The notes beneath the pieces were generated by a model, which saw only the letters and a program-made list of their open reading frames with translations, ran no database searches and was not told the DNA's origin. Of a stretch of 54,276 nt of DNA, positions 7,866-16,784 are shown piece by piece (within the stretch, counting starts at the first letter, position 1; each line of letters begins with the position of its first letter). A program made the position numbers and the translations under genes. Source of the DNA: a virus (Duplodnaviria > Caudoviricetes); the IMG/VR virus record IMGVR_UViG_3300045020_000038, positions 1 to 54,276 of that record. One strand, given 5' to 3'.

Positions 7866-8650
7866 TACAGTTTCAAAGCCTTTTTAATTTGATCAAGTGC
7901 ATGGTCCTTCGGATCATCTAATGTAAATATTGCTCGGCTATGTACCCCCAACATACCCAGTTGACGTGCCATCTTCTGTGCTTCCGGAAACTTGTCATGG
8001 TCCAGCCACACAAAGATATTCTTGTATAGCTGGCGGATACGACTTAGCTTTTTGAGCGGCATCGCTGCACTAAAGCACGGGATTCCATCAATGCCTGCGT
8101 GGCTAACGCAGATTCCGCTGATGCAGTCTTCAACAATGCAAGCCGTGTTTGTTGACGTGCGACTATAATAAGCTGCAATAACGTCCGCTGGCGTTCCTCC
8201 AGTAAAGAAGCGATTGTCATGGGTGGTACCGGCTCGGAAATTACGGGCTTGCCACAACACCAGGTCCTTATCTTCTCCATAAAATCGGAAGATGAGTTGT
8301 TCACGAGATTTACTCCAGCCAACATGGTGACGGATCAGATCGGGAACCGCCAGACCGTACTTACCTACCCATTCCAGCACTACCTCAGGATATCCTCCAG
8401 ACTCAGTGTCATCAGGACAGGATCGTAGTAGACTATTGCTCCCATCACTCTCGGGTCGTCGTTCTCCTGATTGCGACTGTCGAGATAGTTCTGATAGGCT
8501 CTTGACAAATCCGGATTCTCCCGGTTCATATGCTCCACATCCAAAACAGAATGCTGAACCTCCCTCATACCGGGCCAGATTGTCCTTTGATCCGCATACC
8601 GGACAGGGCTCATGCTTGAGAAATCGTGCGCTTTGTGCATAGCCATACAT
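7865..8650 (-). CDS. DNA primase (Zn ribbon plus TOPRIM), separate from the helicase
   Basis: HEPCPVCGSKDN...FCFGC zinc ribbon; IVED, WLDHD, DPKD TOPRIM motifs. Confidence 0.88.
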   Translation of the reverse strand: MYGYAQSARFLKHEPCPVCGSKDNLARYEGGSAFCFGCGAYEPGESGFVKSLSELSRQSQSGERRPESDGSNSLLRSCPDDTESGGYPEVVLEWVGKYGLAVPDLIRHHVGWSKSREQLIFRFYGEDKDLVLWQARNFRAGTTHDNRFFTGGTPADVIAAYYSRTSTNTACIVEDCISGICVSHAGIDGIPCFSAAMPLKKLSRIRQLYKNIFVWLDHDKFPEAQKMARQLGMLGVHSRAIFTLDDPKDHALDQIKKALKL

Positions 8651-8652
8651 AG

Positions 8653-9273
8653 TTACTCCATAACATCCAAGAGATTCTGCACCAACTTTCTTAGTTCCTC
8701 TTTCTCATATCGGAGATATGCATTAGGAGTGGGAATAGTCTCTCCCAGATCTTTCTTGCTAAACAACGTTGAATGTTTCTTTACCGTGGGAAACTCAAAG
8801 ACCATGAATGCCGTCAGTTTCTTTGGGTCATTCTGGACATTATGAATCTCTGTATGTTTTTGAAAGTGTGACTCTCCTAGTTTTAACTCCGTCTTTGATA
8901 CTATCTTTAATCCAATCTTCCTGAGAAACTCCAACTTGATTTTCTTTTCTTTATTTTCTGGATGCAGGGCTGACGTCAGATGATAGGCATTATAATCCTG
9001 CTTATCATAATCCACTTTATAAACCGTATTGACAATCCATCCATGTAATACCAGGAGCTGGCTATCATACAGATGATTATGGATCTGGACATTTGTGGTA
9101 TCCAGATTATCTCTCGGTTCAACTATATACAATCTGATTGTTTGATGTGGTGTGAAATCAAAACACACGTAATTCAAACCAGGAAAATGAAAGTTCTTGA
9201 TGGAATCTTTGACCATCTTATCCAGATTGTGTTCTAGTTGGAGTGAAATCCAATGCTTCCAGAATGAGTTCAT
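8653..9273 (-). CDS. cupin-fold protein
   Basis: IRLYI...IHNHLYDSQLLVLHGWIVN...EIHNV cupin metal motifs. Confidence 0.6.
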   Translation of the reverse strand: MNSFWKHWISLQLEHNLDKMVKDSIKNFHFPGLNYVCFDFTPHQTIRLYIVEPRDNLDTTNVQIHNHLYDSQLLVLHGWIVNTVYKVDYDKQDYNAYHLTSALHPENKEKKIKLEFLRKIGLKIVSKTELKLGESHFQKHTEIHNVQNDPKKLTAFMVFEFPTVKKHSTLFSKKDLGETIPTPNAYLRYEKEELRKLVQNLLDVME

Positions 9274-9278
9274 TTCCT

Positions 9279-9566
9279 TTACTTCCTCTTCTTACTAAAG
9301 TGTTGTTTGGGTACGATGATGTCTACTACCATTACATCCGGTACATCCATCATGTACTGCTTCACTTCTGCCAGATATCCCGTGGGAAGAGTACCCCGTT
9401 TAATATTTTGAACAGGACCGGATCGCATCTTCTCCATTACCTGACTGGTTTTCTGTGTCAACTCCTTGACTCCCGGGCAACTACAGTTGGGATTGTCACA
9501 GGTGGTTTTCTTCATCCACTCATCCCCGTTGAACCGTTGCTTACACGCCTTACATGTGACAATCAT
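9279..9566 (-). CDS. Zn-finger-like hypothetical protein
   Basis: ATG 9566 behind GGGAG; CKAC...CDNPNCSC. Confidence 0.65.
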   Translation of the reverse strand: MIVTCKACKQRFNGDEWMKKTTCDNPNCSCPGVKELTQKTSQVMEKMRSGPVQNIKRGTLPTGYLAEVKQYMMDVPDVMVVDIIVPKQHFSKKRK

Positions 9567-9567
9567 A

Positions 9568-9801
9568 CTACTCGCTCCCATTGTCGGCTCCCCTCGGGTC
9601 AAAGCTGATGCCTTCCATATCCTCGGCATTGTAATCCTCCTCATCTGCACCGAAACCCTCGGTGCTTTCGGTGATATCGGGTATCTCTTCCGCGACGTAA
9701 GAAAAGCACCGATCACATAGGTCAATAAAAGTCCCGCTAGAAGAATATTTGCGAGTGCTCTCACGGTTATTTAACCTCACATTGCAACTTAGGCAACGAA
9801 T
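9568..9801 (-). CDS. Zn-finger protein with an acidic tail, ATT start
   Basis: (I)RCLSC...ESTRKY...LCDRCF then a D/E-rich tail; GAGGA RBS before ATT; the GTG at 9780 would lose the first CxxC. Confidence 0.75.
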   Translation of the reverse strand: MRCLSCNVRLNNRESTRKYSSSGTFIDLCDRCFSYVAEEIPDITESTEGFGADEEDYNAEDMEGISFDPRGADNGSE

Positions 9802-9821
9802 TTTGGGTTCCTCTCTTTTTA

Positions 9822-10271
9822 TTATCGTGGACGACGTGGCGGAGCAACTGGACGATTAAAGAGTTCGTCAAGATTCACGTTACGGGGTTCCCATCTACCA
9901 GGATCAAACGCATCGCCGGGAGCAGCAACCTTAGCTTTCTCAACCCGTTTAGCTTTAACTGCTGGTTCGAGCTTCACTCCATCAGGTAGGACTTCCAGAA
10001 TTGTTTCTTCTTCTTTCAGTCGATCCGGGAAATTACGAGCTCGATCGTTAAACACCAGGATAGATCCGGTTACAGGAGACTTCAGATTCTCCAGCCCATC
10101 ATTAGTTTCAATGACGAGCATGGGTCCTCCCCTGACTACCTTGTTCAGATCCGCCTGCATCACGTGGAAACACTCACCCAACTTCTCTTCAATAAACCGT
10201 TGGGTAAATCCAATACGGAGTGTTCCTCGTGGACTGGTTTCTGTCCAGAGATTTCCGTTAACTTCTTTCAT
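9822..10271 (-). CDS. glycine cleavage system H-protein-like protein lacking the lipoyl lysine
   Basis: W...GTLRIGFT...LGE...VIETNDG...SPVTGSILVFN...P aligns with GcvH W...GTYTVGIT...LGD...VAESVKA...[11 protein letters not shown]...P. Confidence 0.8.
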   Translation of the reverse strand: MKEVNGNLWTETSPRGTLRIGFTQRFIEEKLGECFHVMQADLNKVVRGGPMLVIETNDGLENLKSPVTGSILVFNDRARNFPDRLKEEETILEVLPDGVKLEPAVKAKRVEKAKVAAPGDAFDPGRWEPRNVNLDELFNRPVAPPRRPR

Positions 10272-10453
10272 ACAACCTCTGTTTGAGTTTTAATCAATTC
10301 ATCTCTAAGTTTCATAAGCTCTAGCATACCTACCGTATTGACGTGGTATTTAGCCTGTGCATCAGTCAATAATCGAAGAAGATCCTGATGATCTTGACTC
10401 GTATTTATTTCAATTTTATATGGACGAAATGCCTTGGTTACATGAATTTTCAC
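10268..10453 (-). CDS. hypothetical protein
   Basis: GTG start, AGGAG RBS. Confidence 0.7.
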   Translation of the reverse strand: MKIHVTKAFRPYKIEINTSQDHQDLLRLLTDAQAKYHVNTVGMLELMKLRDELIKTQTEVV

Positions 10454-10611
10454 TGTAAATCTCCTAGATATCGCAACATTTCTACCGCTGTTTCATGAAA
10501 CTGAAATCGAGTAGTAATTCCAATGTCCCGAAGATCTGACCAAAAGAAAGGAAAGATTCTTTGTTGTAGATAAAACCATCCATCCCGCTTTTGTTTTATT
10601 CTGAATTTCAT
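10450..10611 (-). CDS. 53-aa hypothetical protein
   Basis: MKFRIKQKRDGWFYLQQRIFPFFW...; ATGA and GTGA overlaps with neighbours. Confidence 0.7.
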   Translation of the reverse strand: MKFRIKQKRDGWFYLQQRIFPFFWSDLRDIGITTRFQFHETAVEMLRYLGDLQ

Positions 10612-10799
10612 TTCAAATCCTTCAAAAAGATTTCAATTTTCTCCAGTGTATCTGCATCGTCTCTAGAAAGTTTGGACAACATAGACTTTGGATGTATAAT
10701 CTCCCATCGAGCTCTATGTATGATTACCAAGAGATCGTCCAAGTCTTGCTTGGTCTCTAGAATAATAGTCATCGGTGCAAATTGTTTTTGGATCTTCAT
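10608..10799 (-). CDS. hypothetical protein
   Basis: ATGA overlap with the ATP-grasp stop. Confidence 0.7.
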   Translation of the reverse strand: MKIQKQFAPMTIILETKQDLDDLLVIIHRARWEIIHPKSMLSKLSRDDADTLEKIEIFLKDLK

Positions 10800-11662
10800 T
10801 TTAGATGCCTAACAAACGCTTGTGCGTAGTTTCCCACGGTACTGCCCTCAAGTCCTGGCGCGGTGTTGACTTCCAGACAGTAACACTCGTTCCGTTTTTC
10901 ATTCCAAATGATGTCAACTGCACCAAAGTCGAGGTTGAGTTGAGCCACCACTCGTTGAGCCATTTGTCGCATCCCTTCAGGCTCGGTGATGTCTTCACGA
11001 CAATAGACCCATCCGGTTTGATGATTACGTACCTGAAAGTCTGCCTTAAAATCTTCTGGCAGATCCTTTCGTTTTCGCTTTTCCTGAACATCGATTACTT
11101 CTCCAAAGGCGACGTGGATCCGGAACTCTTTTTGCTTCTTGATGTACTGCACATACAACGGTGCCCGGACCAGTTTATCTTCGGTATCAGCAAGCACAAT
11201 ACCGGCACCAGAATGACCAGAAAGTACGGTCCGACACACCACAGTAATCTTTTCAGCCAACCAGCTAGTTGCAACAGCTCGGTCGGTAGTATAAACGGGT
11301 ATACGAATTCCATCCACATCCTTCAAAGCGTTAAAAGTACTCAGCTTATTACTGGCGACAGCCACATTAGCTGGATTGTTGATAGTCTTCTTCCCTTCAC
11401 CCACCTCTAGATTGGAGTTGCCCCAATTGATATAGACAGTCCATGGATGTTCCTTGAAGGTGGGGTTCGGGCGATCAGTGAACAGTCGGCGGATTTTGTA
11501 GCCGCAGAGTTCGCTCATTGATAGAGCCAGATTCCTTGCTGACTGAGAGCCGATCTTGTACGGCAGCAGCACTAGAGGCCGCCTTGGTGCGGGCTGCTTC
11601 AATTGCTTTCTTGGTGTTGGTGTACGATGCAAGGTACTTGTCACGGTAGTCCTCCCGTTCAA
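10796..11662 (-). CDS. RimK-like ATP-grasp ligase (true start probably about 11570-11602)
   Basis: INWG, ASNKL, GHSGAGI, YVQYI, EFRIHV, VRNH, DFGAVDII, LEVNTAPG. Confidence 0.92.
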   Translation of the reverse strand: MNGRTTVTSTLHRTPTPRKQLKQPAPRRPLVLLPYKIGSQSARNLALSMSELCGYKIRRLFTDRPNPTFKEHPWTVYINWGNSNLEVGEGKKTINNPANVAVASNKLSTFNALKDVDGIRIPVYTTDRAVATSWLAEKITVVCRTVLSGHSGAGIVLADTEDKLVRAPLYVQYIKKQKEFRIHVAFGEVIDVQEKRKRKDLPEDFKADFQVRNHQTGWVYCREDITEPEGMRQMAQRVVAQLNLDFGAVDIIWNEKRNECYCLEVNTAPGLEGSTVGNYAQAFVRHLK

Positions 11663-13082
11663 TCTTCTTGGCGATACAGTCAGGGCACAACATTGTCAAT
11701 ACATTAACTGGCTTTTCTTTCTTCGGCATGATGACATGCTTCTCAACAAGAGTTGTAAATACTTTCTCCCAAGCCTCTACCTTACGTTGGCATTCCATAC
11801 AGCATCCATGATTCATGGCATAGTCCCACAACATAACCGGGACTTCCTTGGAATGTACCTGTGTAAATGTAGCCTTCTTGGTATCCTTTACGTGGATGGT
11901 CCATCCTCCATTAACTGTATGGGTGTGATGTTGTACCGTCCCAATACACATTGTTTCAAACCACTGAGGTAATTCATTACCCGATACATCATGTGGAAGA
12001 AATCCCTTGACATCCAGACGTTCCTTCCCGGGGGTCATAACCAACCCATTGAAAGAGAACCGTCCATTGGCTGTCTTCGATGCCGCATGAATCTTGATCA
12101 GCATTGTCTCATTACGAGGGAATGCCTCATTGTACGCATGGATAGATGCAGTCCGAGCTTCCGCCTGATCCTCATCACTAGAAGGCGAGGTGTCTTTTGC
12201 GAGCGTTAGCGCGCAGGGCTTCGAAGGCGTCGGGGTCGAGTGGGCTTGTTTTGCGGGAGCCATCTCCGTCCCTTTCGGAAAAAGCTCACAGTCCTTCCGT
12301 GCCTGTGCCCTCATACCCGTACTATATCGTTGCCAAGCCAGAAGCTCGGCATCATCGTCGAACTCCCCCGATAGGGTCACATCCTCCTTGTTAAAGGAAC
12401 CATCAGCGTTGAATACAAAAATCTCGCCTGGTTCAATCGGGATAGAACGCTTGATCTCAATATGAGCGCGCTGTGCCGGGAAAGCAGCAATCCACGCCTC
12501 CGAAGTGAGGAACATGAAGTTATCACTTTCCAGAATACAGAGAGGTCGTTCATCATTCCGGGTAGCATACAACTTCTCAGTATTGGTATCATACCAGATC
12601 AATGCAAATGCCCCATTAATCTTGGAGATTACTCTCTTGTAATCACCATGACCTTCTAGTTCACTTTCTTCTGCCAACGCGTGGGCGATAGCGTGGCTAT
12701 CCACCTTGGTACTCACGTCGGTCAGGTTCTTCTGATCCTTCAACGTACCATTGTGAACCAGAATAATATTCTTTTCCACGAAGGGATGGGCGTTGTCTGT
12801 GTTGACTTCACCACGGGTCGCCGCACGGTTGTGCCCAACAATAAACTTACCCCGATTGGTAACACTAGACTTGAATTCTCCCCACTCCGTCGATCGGAAT
12901 AGATTGTAGGGATGTGAACCATGCTTAATAGCTCGAACATCACCATTACGGAAACGGGTAAATACCCCCGTCGAATCCTTCCCTCGGATGGAATCAATCA
13001 GTAACATGGTTTCGAATACCTCCACGTCACCATAGTTGAATCCTTGGGGCTTACGAGCGATCATTCCCAAAAGTCCGCACAT
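11475..13082 (-). CDS. class II (Ntn) glutamine amidotransferase with a long C-terminal extension
   Basis: MCG N-terminus, RGKDSTG, GHNRAAT, NAHPF, HNGT, VDS, GAFAL, RPL. Confidence 0.92.
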   Translation of the reverse strand: MCGLLGMIARKPQGFNYGDVEVFETMLLIDSIRGKDSTGVFTRFRNGDVRAIKHGSHPYNLFRSTEWGEFKSSVTNRGKFIVGHNRAATRGEVNTDNAHPFVEKNIILVHNGTLKDQKNLTDVSTKVDSHAIAHALAEESELEGHGDYKRVISKINGAFALIWYDTNTEKLYATRNDERPLCILESDNFMFLTSEAWIAAFPAQRAHIEIKRSIPIEPGEIFVFNADGSFNKEDVTLSGEFDDDAELLAWQRYSTGMRAQARKDCELFPKGTEMAPAKQAHSTPTPSKPCALTLAKDTSPSSDEDQAEARTASIHAYNEAFPRNETMLIKIHAASKTANGRFSFNGLVMTPGKERLDVKGFLPHDVSGNELPQWFETMCIGTVQHHTHTVNGGWTIHVKDTKKATFTQVHSKEVPVMLWDYAMNHGCCMECQRKVEAWEKVFTTLVEKHVIMPKKEKPVNVLTMLCPDCIAKKIEREDYRDKYLASYTNTKKAIEAARTKAASSAAAVQDRLSVSKESGSINERTLRLQNPPTVH

Positions 13083-13085
13083 CAG

Positions 13086-13982
13086 TTATGCTCCGATAAT
13101 TTTAAAATAAGGCGACTCTTTCGAGACACTTTTGATCAAGGTTGTTAACCTGTTACGGTCGATGAACGACCTCTTGACTACACCACTGGAACGACGGATA
13201 TCCTCAAATGATTCAAACTTCAATCGAATATCATCGTTACCAAAGATATCGTGTAGCAATTCCCTCCAGTTAGTAAAGGCATTACACTCAATTGCCAATC
13301 GACAAATGGCGGGAGTCCCCACCTTCAGTACATAGTCCACCAACTTATTGATAATCCGAATCCAGATCACCACCTTATTGTGATTGAAGGTTCCATGCAT
13401 GTGACGAAATTCAATGGTACCGAATTCCCCCAGCGGAATGATATTCAATCCCGCATACTTGGACCAGGTTTCTACAACGGCACCCAGATTCTCCCGACCC
13501 ATGCCAGTAATCAGCATGGTATCCATCAACGGTACACAGTAGATATTCTTGATTCGTCCACGACCCGTGTACTTATAGAACAACGGCTCAAGGATGGTAT
13601 ACAACATCAAGATGTCGGTTACCTGTGTTCCGGTCATCCCCTGACAATTCACATGTACGTGGATGGACGTACGTGGAGAGAAGCAGCATGACTCAGCCAG
13701 ACTGTTACCCAGTAAATCCTGCAACGCATTGGGGGCATACTTGGCTGCGATCGGATGCGTCACCCATTCCACACCAGCATTACGCAAACTACCATCTGCC
13801 TTATTCATCCACACCGGTTGTGGATTGTGTTTATATCCAGCATTCTCCACTTCCACTTCAATACCAATGGCCCGATCACAATCGATAACCTCTGGACCAG
13901 GCTGCATCGTGGCATAGAAGGGACCAGCATCCAGTATCGTCGGAGGACGTACCCCGAAGATATCTCCTACAGTTTTAGCCAT
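13086..13982 (-). CDS. putative amidoligase (Amidoligase_2 type)
   Basis: GIEVEVE, DGSLR, EWVT, SIHVHVN, KYAGLN, GTIEFR. Confidence 0.9.
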   Translation of the reverse strand: MAKTVGDIFGVRPPTILDAGPFYATMQPGPEVIDCDRAIGIEVEVENAGYKHNPQPVWMNKADGSLRNAGVEWVTHPIAAKYAPNALQDLLGNSLAESCCFSPRTSIHVHVNCQGMTGTQVTDILMLYTILEPLFYKYTGRGRIKNIYCVPLMDTMLITGMGRENLGAVVETWSKYAGLNIIPLGEFGTIEFRHMHGTFNHNKVVIWIRIINKLVDYVLKVGTPAICRLAIECNAFTNWRELLHDIFGNDDIRLKFESFEDIRRSSGVVKRSFIDRNRLTTLIKSVSKESPYFKIIGA

Positions 13983-14601
13983 GAATATCCTCCAGCAAGA
14001 ATTGTACAGTCGGACGATAATCTTCTTCCATCAACACCGTGAGTTTTCCCTTCGAATCCACTCGTGCAATTGGATGAACCCAATGCCATAGCACGTAATC
14101 CGGATTCTCGAACAACGTTTGAGTCAAGGTGAAGTTATCCCGTAGTGCAACACCACGAAATCCCCCTACCTTCAACATCTTCAATGCCTCCTTGACAGAA
14201 TAGGTTTCGTGCTCGAAGGCGTCACGGATTTCTGCGTGATTCCATCGGGACCGATTACCCACCACATTCCGGGTAACATTAAACAGAACACTGTTATCCG
14301 GGCAGATTCCCCTACGATACTGCCGTTGGGGGCGACGGTAGAATACCATCGCATCCGTTTCATGCTGGAATACCCCGACCGGAGGATACTTGAATCGGAG
14401 TTGATGCCCATCCGATCCAAAGTTAATCTGGAATTTACCCAGAGTATCACTGGATAGATGCATGGTGGCAATCTTCGATCCACCTGTCTCTTCTACCAGA
14501 TCTACCTTGACCAGTTCTTCCTCTCGATCTGCGATATCCAGCCAGACAAACGTTCCTTGCCAGCGTCGGCTAAAGTCCTGGATCACTTCCGAGTTAGTCA
14601 C
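13975..14601 (-). CDS. hypothetical protein within the ligase cluster
   Basis: GTG start with AGGAG RBS; overlaps both neighbours. Confidence 0.8.
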   Translation of the reverse strand: MTNSEVIQDFSRRWQGTFVWLDIADREEELVKVDLVEETGGSKIATMHLSSDTLGKFQINFGSDGHQLRFKYPPVGVFQHETDAMVFYRRPQRQYRRGICPDNSVLFNVTRNVVGNRSRWNHAEIRDAFEHETYSVKEALKMLKVGGFRGVALRDNFTLTQTLFENPDYVLWHWVHPIARVDSKGKLTVLMEEDYRPTVQFLLEDIHG

Positions 14602-15377
14602 AGTCCAATCTCCTGCTTCAGTTGAGCGAGCAACTTCAGATCGCTGTTGTTGATACAGGCTTGGATCATTGCACCCTGTTCATCCGTGAATGTCCGACCA
14701 GATGCCACGAATTCCAGAGCTTTTTCGGTCTGATCCCAGACCCACTGAATCCGTTCATCCGATTCGATCCACCGATTGGACGCGGTGCGATATTCCACCC
14801 CGTAACTCTTCTTACGGAATGCTCCAGCCTTACCATATAACTCACGACGACCAGCATCGTTGTCAAACTCCAGCATCAGACAGCCAACAAAGGCGTCCAT
14901 CGCCTTGACAACAGCCAGCATGTCCATCTCGTCATGGTCAAACTGAATGTGGATATGGCCACCACACGAGCGGAGATTCTTGTTCGCTGCTTGTGGAGGG
15001 GGGTTTTGATTACCATTATTCCACGCATTGTAATCCGGCTCACAGCCGAAAGTCTTAGCAGCACGAGTTTGCAACTGATCATCATCGAACACGGCGCTGG
15101 GCTTTATCACCATTTCCAATCCCAACTCGGCAGCACGAGCCTTGATCCAATCCTTATTCAGATTGATATTCTTGATGAAGTCCGCCGCACTCCTGCAAGG
15201 AGGGGTGTTGAATTCAATCGTAACATTGTCTTCCTGCACAGCGTTACCTTCATCGTCAATCGGACGAGGTTGTTCTTTCGAACCCCCTACCAGACCAACA
15301 CTGCTGATGAACTTGTTGTTCTTCGGATCGAAGAGAAACGTTTCAGGATCACAGCCAAGGCGTCGAATTTGTTGCAT
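14598..15377 (-). CDS. phiEco32-like COOH.NH2 ligase type 2
   Basis: LGCDPE, QEDNVTIEFN, FGCEPDYNAW, GGHIHI, RRELYGKAG, YGVEYRT. Confidence 0.92.
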   Translation of the reverse strand: MQQIRRLGCDPETFLFDPKNNKFISSVGLVGGSKEQPRPIDDEGNAVQEDNVTIEFNTPPCRSAADFIKNINLNKDWIKARAAELGLEMVIKPSAVFDDDQLQTRAAKTFGCEPDYNAWNNGNQNPPPQAANKNLRSCGGHIHIQFDHDEMDMLAVVKAMDAFVGCLMLEFDNDAGRRELYGKAGAFRKKSYGVEYRTASNRWIESDERIQWVWDQTEKALEFVASGRTFTDEQGAMIQACINNSDLKLLAQLKQEIGL

Positions 15378-15384
15378 GTTAACC

Positions 15385-16128
15385 TCACTTATTCAGGATA
15401 TATTGATCAACTTTACGCAGGCAATACTGGACAAACGGACTTTCTTCCGGGTTACCCACAAATTCCGGATGACCTTGAATCGCTAGACCCTTGATATCCG
15501 GGAACCACACAATCTCCGGTTCAGGAGTATCCGTCTTGTGCATCTCGGCATCTTCAGCATCTCCCTCCGTGATGTATGTGTTACTCCGCTTAGGCCATGC
15601 CTGAGCCAACAATACGTGACTCACATCAAACGGATACATCATCTGGTGGTGTACCGACGTGGTATTGATCACGATATCTTCATCCAGACACTTCATCCCG
15701 TGTGTACCACCGTGATTGTTCACGTGCTGGATAAGACGCCCACCAGCCAAAGCACACAGAAGTTGAGCACCCCGGCAAACACCGATAAGAGCAATCCCCC
15801 TCTCCATAGCCGCGAAACATGCTTCAGCTTCCACTTGATCCCGTCGTGATAGACTTGTACGAGCATCAGTATACTTACTAGGCAGCTCCCCATATAGAGA
15901 AGGAGAAATATCCTCCCCACCCCAAATAACGAGAGCATCAATGTCGACTCCATTTGCAATCTCCGTGGGAGTTACCAGTCGACCCTTCTGGTAACGTTGA
16001 TCAAAGGGATCCAGGGTACCCGTACCCATTCCTACATGACCGAGAGTCAACGCCTTCGATTCTTGTCCCAACGTTAGTACTTCGCTTTCAACTGCCTTAA
16101 CGATATCTGTCAATTTACTTACTCCCAT
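15385..16128 (-). CDS. class I glutamine amidotransferase / peptidase C26 (gamma-glutamyl hydrolase-like)
   Basis: GGEDISP, GVCRGAQLL, SVHHQ, QGHPEF. Confidence 0.9.
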   Translation of the reverse strand: MGVSKLTDIVKAVESEVLTLGQESKALTLGHVGMGTGTLDPFDQRYQKGRLVTPTEIANGVDIDALVIWGGEDISPSLYGELPSKYTDARTSLSRRDQVEAEACFAAMERGIALIGVCRGAQLLCALAGGRLIQHVNNHGGTHGMKCLDEDIVINTTSVHHQMMYPFDVSHVLLAQAWPKRSNTYITEGDAEDAEMHKTDTPEPEIVWFPDIKGLAIQGHPEFVGNPEESPFVQYCLRKVDQYILNK

Positions 16129-16474
16129 TTGTCAGAACATAACATTCAAGGGTATTACCACTTCCCGGATTCTTCCACTTGTGGACAAACAAACAGTCCG
16201 GTTGTTCACGCACAAGAGTGCGCAATTCCTTATTATCAAATATCCGATTACCACTACGTTTAACAAAGTTAAACACAATGGGTCGTTTTCCACACTCATC
16301 GCGAGCTTTTGTGAGCTCGTTAATCCAGGCTTCTTTTAGCGTGGGAAATCCGTATCGATTTGCCCACGCGGCGGACTCCAAAATCGGATATGAATCAAAA
16401 CTTCCTGCCGTCATCATTCCACAGCAAAAAGAAATATCATCTACGGACATGTCCGCTACAAATTTCTTGCTCAT
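16115..16474 (-). CDS. CCG-motif hypothetical protein (paralog A)
   Basis: FCCG...RPIVFNFV...WKNPGSGNTLECYV. Confidence 0.8.
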   Translation of the reverse strand: MSKKFVADMSVDDISFCCGMMTAGSFDSYPILESAAWANRYGFPTLKEAWINELTKARDECGKRPIVFNFVKRSGNRIFDNKELRTLVREQPDCLFVHKWKNPGSGNTLECYVLTNGSK

Positions 16475-16475
16475 T

Positions 16476-16784
16476 TCAATCCTCAGTAGCTGTCATATTG
16501 TTCTTGATGACATATGAATCAATCCGATTATACGTACCTGGATTGGTCCAGTGACCCAGATATACTACGTCCGGATGATTCTTCACTGCTGCAACAATTT
16601 CCTCCGGACTGGATCTCACGAAATTGAAGATCAGCGGACGACCATTTGCATCATCGATCAACTCTTCAACCAGTTCAGCCGCCGAATCGGAATTGAATTC
16701 GGTATCGTCATCTCCCGTGAAATACCCCGCTTCATTGAAGCCACAGCAAAACGGTAGCCTGGCTGTATCCGCTTGAAAACTCAC
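16476..16784 (-). CDS. CCG-motif hypothetical protein (paralog B)
   Basis: GTG 16784 behind GGAGGT; FCCG...RPLIFNFV...WTNPGTYNRIDSYV. Confidence 0.8.
   Translation of the reverse strand: MSFQADTARLPFCCGFNEAGYFTGDDDTEFNSDSAAELVEELIDDANGRPLIFNFVRSSPEEIVAAVKNHPDVVYLGHWTNPGTYNRIDSYVIKNNMTATED

Noticed and set aside
9822-10271. Functional gcvH auxiliary metabolic gene
   Set aside because: The lipoyl-accepting Lys is Asp, so it cannot act as a standard H protein.
11475-13082. glmS or purF auxiliary metabolic gene
   Set aside because: Only the Ntn glutaminase domain is recognisable; no SIS or PRT domain.
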